Below are positions 1-9,499 of a stretch of 64,000 bases of DNA, piece after piece. Made by a program: the position numbers and the translations under genes. Where the stretch lies: assembly GCA_021203805.1 (NCBI GenBank), contig JAJQAM010000046.1, positions 23,840 through 87,839 on the forward strand. The letters are read 5' to 3'. The number at the start of each line of letters is the position of its first letter. Position 1 is the first letter of the stretch. The DNA is from Coprobacillus sp. Its GTDB lineage: Bacteria > Bacillota_I > Bacilli_A > RFN20 > CAG-826. The notes under the pieces were generated by a model, which saw only the letters and a list, made by a program, of their open reading frames with translations, ran no database searches and was not told the DNA's origin.

Positions 1-578
1 ATAGCAAGGAGATCTCTTGCCATTGTGTCATAAACGTCAAGGATATTTAGGGCCTCATGACGGGCCTCTTCTTCGGTCTCGTGAAGAGTGTGACCTTCCT
101 GCCAGAGGAACTCGCTTCCTCTTAAAAATGGTCTTGTGGTCTTCTCCCATCTCACCACTGAGCACCACTGATTATATAGAAGCGGTAGCTCTCTATATGA
201 GGAGAGAATTCTTGAGTAGTACTCGCAGAATAACACCTCTGAAGTTGGCCTAATAATGAGCCTATCTTCAAGCTTATCTTCCCCTCCGATAGTGGCGATT
301 AGAGTCTCTGGGGCAAAGCCTTTTACATGCTCTTTTTCCTTATTAAAAAGGGACTCATTTATCACAAGCGGCATATAGACATTTTGATGTCCGCTTTCCT
401 TAAGCTTTTTATCTAAATGCTCTTTAATATTTTCCCAAATCGCATACCCGTATGGCCTATATATGATAAAACCTTTCACTGAGGAGTAGTCCATAAGCTC
501 GGCTTTTTTACAGACATCAGTGTACCATTTAGCAAAGTCTTCTTCTCTTGGGGTTATTGATTCATTTTTAATTTCCAT
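1..578 (-). CDS. proS: Proline--tRNA ligase (class II, archaeal/clostridial type), N-terminal part; 3' end runs off the window
   Basis: Absent from the ORF track because it is open at the window edge. My reverse-strand translation from ATG (578..576) reads [51 protein letters not shown]...[12 protein letters not shown]...[30 protein letters not shown], typical of ProRS. AAGGAG lies at 585..590, 6 nt upstream. Confidence 0.9.
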   Translation of the reverse strand, partial: MEIKNESITPREEDFAKWYTDVCKKAELMDYSSVKGFIIYRPYGYAIWENIKEHLDKKLKESGHQNVYMPLVINESLFNKEKEHVKGFAPETLIATIGGEDKLEDRLIIRPTSEVLFCEYYSRILSSYRELPLLYNQWCSVVRWEKTTRPFLRGSEFLWQEGHTLHETEEEARHEALNILDVYDTMARDLLA

Positions 579-594
579 ACTCTGCTCCTTATAT

Positions 595-2367
595 TTACTT
601 AGTAATCTGGGCTATCTTATCGAGTTTCTTCTTTTCGATTGGGAGAATCATTTCGCTATAATATGATATAACGTCACTTGAAACTAAATCAATTCCTGAT
701 CGAATTATTAATTCGATCGTGGTCCAAGAATCGATATCAGTGGCGATGATTGGCTTCTTATATTTAAGAAGGGACTCGAGAAGCGAGTGAATTGAAAGCC
801 TCGTCTTATTACTAGTTTTGACCTCTCCGATAAGAGAGGAGCCCACGACGAAGTAGTCAAAGTTACGATATATCTTCGTGTCTAAGAGAAGGTTACGGTC
901 TCTCATCGAGATCGCGACTTCATATCCAAGGGCCTTGATTTCATCCATCTTCTGACTAAACACTTCGATATCATCTGCGTTTTGAGAGACATCTTGCTCG
1001 CTGAGTAAAATGACGAGATTTATATCATCAATACGCGGGATCTGCGGGAATATTTCCACAATGTTATTGATATTGACCATCGAGACAGGATAGAAAAGTC
1101 TCGCTTTTTTATTTGGGGTTTCTATTGTGTATTTAGTTATTAAGCCCCTTGAAGCCTTGGCAAAGAGATCTCTATTTTGATTAAGCTCATAGGCATAATA
1201 CATTGTCTCTTCAAAGTTCACAAAAGGCGTGTCAAAGAGCCTAATGTCAGAGAAGTAGCCGTATGTTGATTTCTCCTTAGAGTCCACAACCGGTCTAAAG
1301 ACATAGTGCATGAGATTATTCTTGATGAGTCGATTAATATATTCTTCATACTGAGAGAAGTTCGTCTCTTGATAGGAAGAGATAGTCTGATAAATATAGA
1401 AGGGTTTACTTTCCTGATGAGCGTAGGTCGCTGCGCTTTGCGCCTCTTTTACTAGTGAATTATAGTTATGATAGAAAGCGGAGATAGGAACCACACCTAT
1501 AGAATAGGTGAGTCTCTCTTTAAAGCCGTTTACTTCAATGGCTTTATTAAGCGCTTTGATAACGGAGGAGACGAGTTGAAGGGCTTCATCGGTATTACTA
1601 GTGGTAAAGTCAAAGATAAAGAGCTCGTTTTCATTCATCTCTAGAATCTTACGGGGATGACGGGTGTCATTTGCAAATGGATAGATCTCGTTTCTAAGGG
1701 TCATTGCGATAAAGCCTTCCTCTTTATCAGTATTTAAAACCGACTGCTTAAGATGGAAGAAGCGGACGCAGTAGGCATATCCACCGGTATGTTTCATGCT
1801 ATTAATTTGCTTTGAAATTGTATTTTGATCGGTAATACCTGTTTTTCCTTTATAGCTCTTTTTCTTCTTTGGAGAGTTAAGAGGAGTAATGTATTTAAGA
1901 ATATGAGACTCTAGATGGATGAGCCCGCTTTCTTTGTCGTAATGGAGGAATTTAAGAAGCGAGAAATAGTTAGTCTTATCTTTTTTAATATGGATGTCCG
2001 CTTGGAGGTAGTGCTCGACGCTTTTCGGGTCCGTGCATATATCGGTTAGCCATTTTTTTACTCTTTCCGAGTCATTAGGATGAAAGCTATTAAAGAAGGT
2101 AATCGTGTCCACTGTTTCCTTACTTCTAAGATTCGTCTTATTAAAATAGGTCACCATTTCGTTTTTAGAGTCGATGATATAAATTCTTGAGGTATTAGAC
2201 TCATTTAGAATTTGGTCCTGCTTTGCTTTATTATGATGACGGATAGCGAAAAAGGAGATAACAAAGGCCACGATAACAATAAGAGCGAATAAAATCACAC
2301 CAAAAAGGAGATCGAAGGCCAAATCATTAAAGTTCCAGTAGTCGATATAAACATTTGCTTGATTCAT
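595..2367 (-). CDS. Membrane-anchored PAS-like / degenerate GGDEF / degenerate EAL domain protein
   Basis: 590-aa ORF with one N-terminal TM helix ([23 protein letters not shown]). A GGDEF-like core is visible (TYSIGVV..., [18 protein letters not shown]) but the GGDEF position reads NENEL. An EAL-like core is visible ([23 protein letters not shown]) but EAL reads FSD. It lies directly upstream of proS and is probably co-transcribed with it. Confidence 0.6.
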   Translation of the reverse strand: MNQANVYIDYWNFNDLAFDLLFGVILFALIVIVAFVISFFAIRHHNKAKQDQILNESNTSRIYIIDSKNEMVTYFNKTNLRSKETVDTITFFNSFHPNDSERVKKWLTDICTDPKSVEHYLQADIHIKKDKTNYFSLLKFLHYDKESGLIHLESHILKYITPLNSPKKKKSYKGKTGITDQNTISKQINSMKHTGGYAYCVRFFHLKQSVLNTDKEEGFIAMTLRNEIYPFANDTRHPRKILEMNENELFIFDFTTSNTDEALQLVSSVIKALNKAIEVNGFKERLTYSIGVVPISAFYHNYNSLVKEAQSAATYAHQESKPFYIYQTISSYQETNFSQYEEYINRLIKNNLMHYVFRPVVDSKEKSTYGYFSDIRLFDTPFVNFEETMYYAYELNQNRDLFAKASRGLITKYTIETPNKKARLFYPVSMVNINNIVEIFPQIPRIDDINLVILLSEQDVSQNADDIEVFSQKMDEIKALGYEVAISMRDRNLLLDTKIYRNFDYFVVGSSLIGEVKTSNKTRLSIHSLLESLLKYKKPIIATDIDSWTTIELIIRSGIDLVSSDVISYYSEMILPIEKKKLDKIAQITK

Positions 2368-2450
2368 ATAGGCATATTATAACACTTTTTATGAATTTTC
2401 CATTCATAAAGAAAACCATAATAAATATTCACATAAAGTCGCTATTTTTA

Positions 2451-2459
2451 TGGTATAAT
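2451..2459 (+). promoter_or_regulatory. Extended -10 promoter element (TGgTATAAT) for tRNA-Ser
   Basis: TGGTATAAT ends 9 nt before the tRNA 5' end. No good -35 box, as is usual for extended -10 promoters. Confidence 0.5.
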
Positions 2460-2468
2460 CAATCGCAT

Positions 2469-2559
2469 AGAGGAATACCCAAGCGGCCGAAGGGGGCAGT
2501 TTCGAAAACTGCTAGGAGATTAACGTCTCGCGGGGGTTCGAATCCCCCTTCCTCTGCCA
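2469..2559 (+). tRNA. tRNA-Ser (anticodon CGA), class II with long variable arm, CCA encoded
   Basis: Hand-folded. Acceptor AGAGGAA/TTCCTCT; anticodon stem GCAGT/ACTGC with loop TTCGAAA; variable arm GAGA..TCTC; T arm GGGGG-TTCGAAT-CCCCC; 3' GCCA. Confidence 0.9.
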
Positions 2560-2592
2560 GTAATAATTATTAATCTATTTAATAATTCATAC

Positions 2593-2621
2593 TTGATAAT
2601 TATAAGCGTTTACATTACAAT
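2593..2621 (+). promoter_or_regulatory. Sigma70-type promoter for the CNNM gene pair
   Basis: -35 TTGATA (2593..2598), 17-bp spacer, -10 TACAAT (2616..2621). The ATG at 2639 has no SD. Confidence 0.5.
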
Positions 2622-2638
2622 AATTAACCGATAAAAAA

Positions 2639-3772
2639 ATGGAACCTGAACTGTTAGCTGATGCTCCTATAGATCCTCTGAGTAGTCTGACCATATTTGC
2701 CGAAGATGCTTCGTCAAGTGGCTCGATTTTTTCTTTGCCTAACTGGGCCTGCTGGCTTCTCATTGTTTTAATGGTCATCGTCTGCGGGATTCTCTCAGGA
2801 AGCGAAAACGCTTTTGATAACTGCAATAAATATCACTTTAAGGTATTAGCCGATAAAGGCAAAGTAACTGCGAAATTAATAACAAGATTTATAGATAAGT
2901 TTGATAATACGCTTACCACTGTTTTAGTGGCTAATAACGCCATTCAAACTCTTATGTCCTTCCTTGGGGCCATGGTTTTCTACGGCATGTTTAAGGGAGA
3001 GAACGCTGAGACCCTAGAGGCCATTGTCGCCACTATTGTGATGGCGGTTATTGTCTACGTTTTCTCGGATACGATTCCTAAAATCCTGTCCGATAAGATT
3101 CCTAACGTCATGGTCTATGTCCTAGTCTGGCCGGACTTTATCCTGTCTATTATCATCTGGCCAGTGGCCATCTTATTCCGTCTTATGCTTAAGGGAGTGC
3201 AAAAACTCTTCCACTTTAAGGATGAGTCTATCCTGACTAAGGAAGACTTCATTGAAAAAGCAGATGAAGCGCTTTCTACCGAAAACTTTAATAATGAAGA
3301 AGAAGAGCTCTTTGAGGATAATGAGATTGCCCTAATTGATAGAACTTTCTCTTTTGACACGATTCCCGCTTCTGAGGTTTACACTCCTCTTAATAAGATG
3401 GTGTCAATTGACGCGAAAGACCTAAACGCCAAATACGTTAATAGTTTTATCTTACTTAATGAATACTCCCGTTTCCCTGTCTATGACGGAAGGAAGAATA
3501 ATATCGTGGGAGTCCTTTCTATTAATAACTACTTTAAGGAATATGGACTTGATCCCCACGTGGATGTGAGAAGCGTTCTTCTCCCGCCTGTTTTTGTCTA
3601 TGACGACGAAAAAATTGATGAAGTCTTTAATACGATGAATAGCGAGCAAATCCATCTCGCTATCGTAAAAAATAGAGAAGAAAAGGTTATTGGAATGATT
3701 ACCCTTGAGGATGTCCTTGATGTCCTCGTGGATAAAAATAATCCAGCACCCGTGGGAGATAGTGTCTTATGA
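2639..3772 (+). CDS. CNNM/CorC-family transporter (DUF21 + CBS pair, no CorC_HlyC domain)
   Basis: 377-aa ORF. The N-terminal multi-TM region contains SGSENAF, followed by a CBS pair (FPVYDGRKNNIVGVL..., HLAIVKNREEKVIGMITLEDVLD). The TGA stop overlaps the next ATG (ATGA). Confidence 0.8.
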   Translation: MEPELLADAPIDPLSSLTIFAEDASSSGSIFSLPNWACWLLIVLMVIVCGILSGSENAFDNCNKYHFKVLADKGKVTAKLITRFIDKFDNTLTTVLVANNAIQTLMSFLGAMVFYGMFKGENAETLEAIVATIVMAVIVYVFSDTIPKILSDKIPNVMVYVLVWPDFILSIIIWPVAILFRLMLKGVQKLFHFKDESILTKEDFIEKADEALSTENFNNEEEELFEDNEIALIDRTFSFDTIPASEVYTPLNKMVSIDAKDLNAKYVNSFILLNEYSRFPVYDGRKNNIVGVLSINNYFKEYGLDPHVDVRSVLLPPVFVYDDEKIDEVFNTMNSEQIHLAIVKNREEKVIGMITLEDVLDVLVDKNNPAPVGDSVL

Positions 3773-5157
3773 GTTTCGCTGGGCTTGTTGCTTTATACAC
3801 TGTGATTATCGTGGTCCTTATCCTCCTCTCCTTTTACTTTTCGGTGGCGGATATGGCGTACGGGTCTGTTACCCTATCAAGGATGGAAAGAATTGCGGAA
3901 AAAGGCGATAAAAAAGATAAGACCGCCGCTAAACTAAAGCGTCACTATGATAAGACGATTTCCACCATTCTTTTCTATAACGATGTGTGTAATGCCGGTA
4001 TTGATATCTTCGCCACCTTCCTAGGAGTGTTAATTGCCACGCAGTATGACTGGAGCATGTCGGCTGCTAACGCTGGTCTTATATTCTCTCTTATCGCTCT
4101 CATCTTTAAGGTCGCCTTTGGCGATATAATCGCTAAGTCCATAGGTAAAGTCTATAATTACCGCTTAGCAAGGCTCTACGCCCGGGTGATTAATGTCCTC
4201 TATTATATTTCTATTCCTATCACTTATCTTGTCGGTGGGTTTGGCTCTTTAGTGACTTACCCTATTACTAATAATGTGAAGGAAAACGTCACTAATGATG
4301 AAGACCTACAAGAGATGGTGGATGAGATTGAAGAGGAAGGAACCGTTGATGAAGAAAAAGCGGAAATGCTAAGAGGGGCAATTGACTATGCCACCACAGA
4401 GCTTTATGAGATTATGACCCCTAGAGCTAAGATCTACGCCGTTGATAAAACAAAATCAGTATCTAAGATTCTCTCTGATGAGAAAGCCTTTGCTCACTCC
4501 CGTATCCCTGTCTATGAAGAGAGTATTGATAACATTATTGGATACGTTAGAATGAGAGATCTCATCGCTCTTAAGATTCAAAAAAAGGAAGATATCACCC
4601 CAATTATTGAAAATATCCCTATTTTCCCTCGAACAGAGGAAATTAATGATATCCTTGCTTACTTCAATGAGCATCACTCTCATATTGGAGTGGTCCTTGA
4701 TGAATATGGAGGCACTGAGGGAATTGTTACTAAAGAAGATATCGTTGAGGAAATCGTTGGCGACATATGGGACGAGACTGATGACCCTGAAGAGCTTCTC
4801 GATGAAAAGACAGACGGCACCTTCATCGTGGACGGGAGTATGAACCTAGAAGATTTCTGCGCTGAGTTTGATATCGACTACGACGAGATCGATACCGAGT
4901 ATGTCACAATTGGCGGCTTTATGATTGAGCTTCTCGATGATAGGTTTGCTAATGTTGGGGATGAAGTCTGGCTTGACGGCGTGGGCCTTAAAGTTATCGC
5001 CACGGATAAAAATAGAACCGTGAAGAAGCTTCAGATTACTCCGAAAGTCGAGGAAGAGGATGATGATATCCCTATCCTTGCGGTTATGGGTAGACCTACT
5101 GAAAAAACGAGTAAAAACGAGCCTAAAAAAGACTCTAAAACAAAGAAATCTAAGTAA
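3769..5157 (+). CDS. CNNM/CorC-family transporter (DUF21 + CBS pair + CorC_HlyC transporter-associated domain)
   Basis: 462-aa ORF. CBS pair (RIPVYEESIDNIIGYV, HIGVVLDEYGGTEGIVTKEDIVEEIVGDI) and C-terminal GTFIVDGSMNLEDF...TIGGFMIELL. It is a tandem paralogue of the upstream gene. Confidence 0.85.
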   Translation: MSFAGLVALYTVIIVVLILLSFYFSVADMAYGSVTLSRMERIAEKGDKKDKTAAKLKRHYDKTISTILFYNDVCNAGIDIFATFLGVLIATQYDWSMSAANAGLIFSLIALIFKVAFGDIIAKSIGKVYNYRLARLYARVINVLYYISIPITYLVGGFGSLVTYPITNNVKENVTNDEDLQEMVDEIEEEGTVDEEKAEMLRGAIDYATTELYEIMTPRAKIYAVDKTKSVSKILSDEKAFAHSRIPVYEESIDNIIGYVRMRDLIALKIQKKEDITPIIENIPIFPRTEEINDILAYFNEHHSHIGVVLDEYGGTEGIVTKEDIVEEIVGDIWDETDDPEELLDEKTDGTFIVDGSMNLEDFCAEFDIDYDEIDTEYVTIGGFMIELLDDRFANVGDEVWLDGVGLKVIATDKNRTVKKLQITPKVEEEDDDIPILAVMGRPTEKTSKNEPKKDSKTKKSK

Positions 5158-5172
5158 ATAGGATTTATTTTG

Positions 5173-6264
5173 CTATTTTTTCATCACTCCGATAAGGAGT
5201 TTTTTAATATTTTCGCTTTTTAGCATTTCATTTATATCGTTATATGAAGAAATCTCTTTATTAAGGAGATACGTATGAAAGTTATTGATTAGAATATCGG
5301 TGAAATTCTCGTGTTTTGTATAGCTCACATCAAGCTTATTTATCTCTTCAAAAAGATTAGTTATGAGGCAGCGCCTCGCAAGGGCGATCATTGAGGTTTC
5401 AAGCCAGTAGCTAAATTTAATATGAGGATATCTTTCCTCTAAGGGAATAATCCTAAGATACATTGGAAGACCCTCTCCCGCGTCATGCCACATATCGGAA
5501 TAGACATAGTCAAACTTTCCTCTACTAAGCTCCTCTTTAAGATAGACAAAGGCGTCCTGATAGAGAATCTTAATCTTATTCTTATTTTTGAAACGGCCTA
5601 ATATATTCTCGTTAAAGAGATTAATGACTTCTTTGTTGTTCTCAAGAACAACAATATTTTTCACTTCGTCTTTAAGGGAGAGCATATATGGGAGATAGCC
5701 TAGCCCAAGCCCGCAGACAAGAACATTTCCCCTTGCCTCGCTTATCATCTCCTTCATGGTTTCGATTTCATTTGGATTGATACTCATCCAAATTACCCCT
5801 TTATCGATAAGAGCGAGATACTTATATTCCTCTTTAAAGTAGCCTATCTGAGAGTACTCCTCAAAGTAAGAAGATTCATCCACTTTGATCTCACTAAGCG
5901 GGAAGGGCTCATAGGGCTCGTAGTGAAGATAGGTAAGCTCTAAATTTCCCTCTTTTACTTTGTTAATTAAAAGGTTATTGAATGGATTTTCTCTGTATTC
6001 ATTAATATCTAGCTCGTGAAGTTGACTAAGAAAATATCTCTCTCCTAACTCGCTATTTTCTTCATCTTCAAGATCGATTTGATAGTATTCCATCATCGTC
6101 TCATAAACGAGCTGTTTATCCATTTCCTCTTCTTCGCTGACATCAATATAAAAGCCGTCGCCATACATTTCGTTTAGCATATCCGCTACCGATAAATTGA
6201 CTTCTTTAGCGTCGACGAGTTTATTAAATTCTTCTATGTCTTTTTTAGAGAGGGAAATTTTCAT
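5173..6264 (-). CDS. Class I SAM-dependent methyltransferase / spermidine-synthase-like fold protein with an extra acidic N-terminal domain
   Basis: 363-aa ORF. Gly-rich motif I NVLVCGLGLGYL, acidic beta-2 end VVLENN, then YQDAF and DYVYSDMW. Specific function unknown. Confidence 0.5.
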   Translation of the reverse strand: MKISLSKKDIEEFNKLVDAKEVNLSVADMLNEMYGDGFYIDVSEEEEMDKQLVYETMMEYYQIDLEDEENSELGERYFLSQLHELDINEYRENPFNNLLINKVKEGNLELTYLHYEPYEPFPLSEIKVDESSYFEEYSQIGYFKEEYKYLALIDKGVIWMSINPNEIETMKEMISEARGNVLVCGLGLGYLPYMLSLKDEVKNIVVLENNKEVINLFNENILGRFKNKNKIKILYQDAFVYLKEELSRGKFDYVYSDMWHDAGEGLPMYLRIIPLEERYPHIKFSYWLETSMIALARRCLITNLFEEINKLDVSYTKHENFTDILINNFHTYLLNKEISSYNDINEMLKSENIKKLLIGVMKK

Positions 6265-6300
6265 ACCATTATTATATTGAAATTAATTGGTAGTGATAAC

Positions 6301-6322
6301 AAAAACTAATTGATTAGTTTTT
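6301..6322. repeat. 22-bp palindrome (10-bp arms, 2-nt centre) in a divergent promoter region
   Basis: AAAAACTAAT-TG-ATTAGTTTTT, between the divergent starts at 6264 (-) and 6368 (+). Confidence 0.6.
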
Positions 6323-6367
6323 TATTTTTCTTTAAATAATACTTACTTGCTATTATAATCACTTGTT

Positions 6368-7435
6368 ATGGATTTAGTGAAAGCCTATTGTCCCTATTGT
6401 CATAAAGAGCATTCTAAGGATGACCCTATTTTTATTAATCCCGAAGAAAAAACCGCGATTTGCCCTAACTGTCTTAATGAGTTTAAGACAAAACAGGGCA
6501 TAAAGCTTTTTGATACTTATATCTCTCTTCTCCTTCATGACGCCTATTACACACTAGAGAAGATTAATGACTATGAGATGGCCTACCGTAAATTTGCGGA
6601 CATTCTTGAAATCGATGAGTCCTGCTGCGCCGCTCGTGAAGGAAGAATTATTGCCCTCATTTATCTTTCCACTATGGAGTTTCCTCAAATCCAAAACGCA
6701 CAGATCATGTTTGAAAAGGATCTCGTGCAGTATCTTAAAAATAGACCCGCTAAACTCGTCCCTTTTATTCGAAGAGTGAACGAAACCCTTAACGTTTATG
6801 ATTCAATGCTCCTTCATAAACTCTCTAATCAGGGACTATTCTATACAATTGATGGTCTTCGTTTTTATATGAGTCAGATCGTTGATATCATTAAGTTTAA
6901 GATCTCAATTCTTCAATATCTAGAGAGAATTAGCACTAGGGCTAAAGATAATAGCGGAGTAGTGGAGCTAGTAGGTCAGGTAACTAATGAGTGCAATAAA
7001 TTAAATGGCTTTCTCTCTATGAGCGAGCATTACTCCCCAAGTGGTGACACTTATAACGTTATCTCTATAAATCATGAAACAGGGGAGGCTCTTATTACGA
7101 GAGCGGTGTCCGCTTTCGATACATCAAAAGATGTAGGCCGCTACGGCACTAACTCCTATTTTACTAAGCAGAAAAAGCCTAAAAATAAAAACGAGATCTT
7201 TCACTCAAGAAGTAGCTTATATTCCTTCATGAATTCCCTCGTATCGCTTGGATGGCTGAGCCTTGTCCTTGCTTTCCTCTCTTTTGTTAATACCTTCTTA
7301 GTAATCTTCTTTACTGATATTAGCTATCTTCCCTATATCTTTGGTCCTCTTACTATTGTTTTATTTATTCTTGGACTTATAATGCTTCTAGTCCACCGCA
7401 ATAAGTTCCATCAGTATTATAAAGAAGACAAGTAG
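6368..7435 (+). CDS. Hypothetical zinc-ribbon membrane protein
   Basis: 355-aa ORF. N-terminal CPYC...CPNC zinc ribbon and two C-terminal TM helices. TATAAT at 6354..6359 lies 8 nt before the ATG and there is no SD. Confidence 0.6.
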   Translation: MDLVKAYCPYCHKEHSKDDPIFINPEEKTAICPNCLNEFKTKQGIKLFDTYISLLLHDAYYTLEKINDYEMAYRKFADILEIDESCCAAREGRIIALIYLSTMEFPQIQNAQIMFEKDLVQYLKNRPAKLVPFIRRVNETLNVYDSMLLHKLSNQGLFYTIDGLRFYMSQIVDIIKFKISILQYLERISTRAKDNSGVVELVGQVTNECNKLNGFLSMSEHYSPSGDTYNVISINHETGEALITRAVSAFDTSKDVGRYGTNSYFTKQKKPKNKNEIFHSRSSLYSFMNSLVSLGWLSLVLAFLSFVNTFLVIFFTDISYLPYIFGPLTIVLFILGLIMLLVHRNKFHQYYKEDK

Positions 7436-7436
7436 A

Positions 7437-8042
7437 CTACTTACTAATTAGTCCGTTTATCCTAAGATAAGTTAAGACCTTCTTAAGCGCTCTTGCGCGG
7501 TGGGAGATCTTATTTTTTTCCTCTTCGCTAAGCTCGGAAAATGCCTTTTCTTCCTCTCTTACATAAAAGATAGGGTCATAGCCAAAGCCGCCTTCTCCCT
7601 CTCTTATTTCGCCGCTGATTTCCCCTTCTATTTCCCCAGTAAAATAAAGGGGCTTATCCTCAACGTTTAAGAGACACATCGTGCACTTAAACCTTGCTTT
7701 TCTATTTGAATTTCCCGCTAAATCCTCAATTATTTTATTCATTGCGGCCCTATTTGACCCGCATTCTTTCATATACCTAGAGGAGTGAACACCCGGTCTA
7801 CCCTCTAGTGCTTCAACCTCTAGCCCCGAATCATCCGCGAGGACTGGGTAAGATGTATATTTACTGACCGCCTCCGCTTTTATAAGAGCGTTTTCTTCAT
7901 AGGACGAGTCACCTTCATTCATCTCGATATCTAAATTAAGGTCGCTTAGTCCATAAACGATAATCCCGTGGGGAGAAAGTATATCTCTGACTTCTTTTAC
8001 CTTCCCTTTATTATTTGTGGCTAGTATTATCTCGTAGTTCAT
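7437..8042 (-). CDS. rdgB: dITP/XTP pyrophosphatase (Ham1/RdgB family)
   Basis: 201-aa ORF with ILATNNKGKVKEV, DDSGLEV, GRPGVHSSRY, GFGYDPIF and SHRARAL motifs. Confidence 0.9.
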   Translation of the reverse strand: MNYEIILATNNKGKVKEVRDILSPHGIIVYGLSDLNLDIEMNEGDSSYEENALIKAEAVSKYTSYPVLADDSGLEVEALEGRPGVHSSRYMKECGSNRAAMNKIIEDLAGNSNRKARFKCTMCLLNVEDKPLYFTGEIEGEISGEIREGEGGFGYDPIFYVREEEKAFSELSEEEKNKISHRARALKKVLTYLRINGLISK

Positions 8043-8061
8043 ATCTCTATTTTATCTTTTT

Positions 8062-8092
8062 TATAAAATAAAAAACACTATCCTAGTGTTTT
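8062..8092 (-). terminator. Rho-independent terminator after tRNA-Gly
   Basis: On the minus strand: AAAACACTA-GGA-TAGTGTTTT followed by a T-rich run. Confidence 0.6.
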
Positions 8093-8094
8093 CC

Positions 8095-8168
8095 TGGAGC
8101 AGGTGACGGGAATCGAACCCGCGTAATCAGCTTGGAGGGCTGATGTTCTACCACTGAACTACACCTGC
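8095..8168 (-). tRNA. tRNA-Gly (anticodon UCC), CCA encoded
   Basis: Reverse complement is GCAGGTGTAGTTCAGTGGTAGAACATCAGCCCTCCAAGCTGATTACGCGGGTTCGATTCCCGTCACCTGCTCCA. It folds as a cloverleaf with anticodon loop CCTCCAA. Confidence 0.9.
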
Positions 8169-8180
8169 ATCAGTGAATAT

Positions 8181-8210
8181 ATTATAAGAGTAAGAGAGAC
8201 AAGAACGCAA
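8181..8210 (-). promoter_or_regulatory. Sigma70-type promoter for tRNA-Gly
   Basis: Minus strand: -35 TTGCGT (8210..8205), 18-bp spacer, -10 TATAAT (8186..8181), 12 nt before the tRNA 5' end. Confidence 0.55.
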
Positions 8211-8227
8211 GGGGCGAATATTATCTT

Positions 8228-8545
8228 TTACTCGTTTATAAATGCTATCACTTTATCGTGAGGAATATAGCCAAGCGATGACTTTACCATTTCCCCATTT
8301 CTATAGAGGATAAGAGTGGGGATTGATCTAATTCCAAATCTCTGATTTAGAGATTGATTTCCTTCTAAATCGGTGTCAATTTTAACGATAACCGCTTCGG
8401 TTTCTCCCTTTTCATCAATTTCCTCTAAGACAGGAGAGAGCATATTACAGGGACCGCACCAATTAGCGAAGAAATCCACTAAAACAGTGGGGTTTGACGC
8501 AATTATTTCATTAAATTGCTCTTCATTTTCAATATGAACTATCAT
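8228..8545 (-). CDS. trxA: Thioredoxin
   Basis: 105 aa with a WCGPC active site and the usual IRSIPTL segment. Confidence 0.92.
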   Translation of the reverse strand: MIVHIENEEQFNEIIASNPTVLVDFFANWCGPCNMLSPVLEEIDEKGETEAVIVKIDTDLEGNQSLNQRFGIRSIPTLILYRNGEMVKSSLGYIPHDKVIAFINE

Positions 8546-8557
8546 ACTTTTTCCTCC

Positions 8558-9499
8558 TTAAACGATAAGCCAGAATATGATATATAATATCACGAGATGG
8601 ACCGGATAGTAAGCATAGGAGCTATAGTTAAACCATTTAGCGTTATAGCCTCTCTCTCCCGAGGCAAAGAGAAGCACTAAGATAGCGATTATAGAGTAAG
8701 TCTCATAGGCGCTATCAATCCAGTCGTAGGCCGGTGCAAACATTCCAAGAACCCATAGCAGAAGCGTTACTATCACAAAGAAAGCGCATCCATAGGCATT
8801 AATAAGCACTCTATAGTTAGGATACTCCTCAGGATGTTCATCTACCACAGGAACCTCGTTCCCTTCATCATCATAAGTGATATTAACGATTGGATTATTC
8901 TTATAATAGACCTGAGTGACCTTATAGCCGGCGTAGAAGCAGCCCACCACTGCGATAGAGTACCAGCCGTACTGAGTTCTAAGGTAATAAGGATACCAGT
9001 TAATACTGGTAATATCGCTATTTCCCTCCTCAATGGCAAAGCAGACATAGGAGAGAATTCCAATAGCTATTGGAATAAGAACAAGAAGTCTAAGCTTAGG
9101 ACTTCTTTTTTGCTCTAGCGACCAGACAAAGAGCACTCCGAGGATGAGATCAATAAAGATATTTCCCATATGCTCAAGAGCGGCAAAGTCTTTAAGCGCG
9201 TATTCCGTCACAATCTGGAAGACGAGAACCACCGCTCCAACAATAGCGAGTCTCATGATGTATTTACCGACGCTATGGGTGTGAAGTGTTCCTTCGACGA
9301 TTAAAAAGCAGAACAAGGGAAGCGCGATTCTTCCAATCGCTCTAAAGACCATATAGACCGTATAAACCGCTCCCTCAAGCGGTAAGAAGTAAGCCAAAAA
9401 ATAACCGATATGATCGATCGTCATACAAACAATCGCAATTATTTTAATCACGAAGTCTGAGACTCTTGAGCCGTTTCTCATCATCGCTAGGAAATTCAT
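8558..9499 (-). CDS. TraX-family integral membrane protein
   Basis: 313-aa polytopic ORF. The N-terminal IKIIAIVCMTIDHIGYF matches the TraX signature as I remember it. Confidence 0.6.
   Translation of the reverse strand: MNFLAMMRNGSRVSDFVIKIIAIVCMTIDHIGYFLAYFLPLEGAVYTVYMVFRAIGRIALPLFCFLIVEGTLHTHSVGKYIMRLAIVGAVVLVFQIVTEYALKDFAALEHMGNIFIDLILGVLFVWSLEQKRSPKLRLLVLIPIAIGILSYVCFAIEEGNSDITSINWYPYYLRTQYGWYSIAVVGCFYAGYKVTQVYYKNNPIVNITYDDEGNEVPVVDEHPEEYPNYRVLINAYGCAFFVIVTLLLWVLGMFAPAYDWIDSAYETYSIIAILVLLFASGERGYNAKWFNYSSYAYYPVHLVILYIIFWLIV

Noticed and set aside
17-253. 78-aa plus-strand ORF from the track
   Set aside because: It lies entirely antisense within the strongly supported proS coding region (1..578, minus) and has no SD. 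I treat it as a shadow ORF.
2355-2573. 72-aa plus-strand ORF from the track
   Set aside because: It runs through the tRNA-Ser gene and its promoter. Its C-terminal half is simply the translated tRNA sequence.
2587-2826. 79-aa minus-strand ORF
   Set aside because: It is antisense to the 5' end and promoter of the CNNM gene, with no start context and no recognisable motif.
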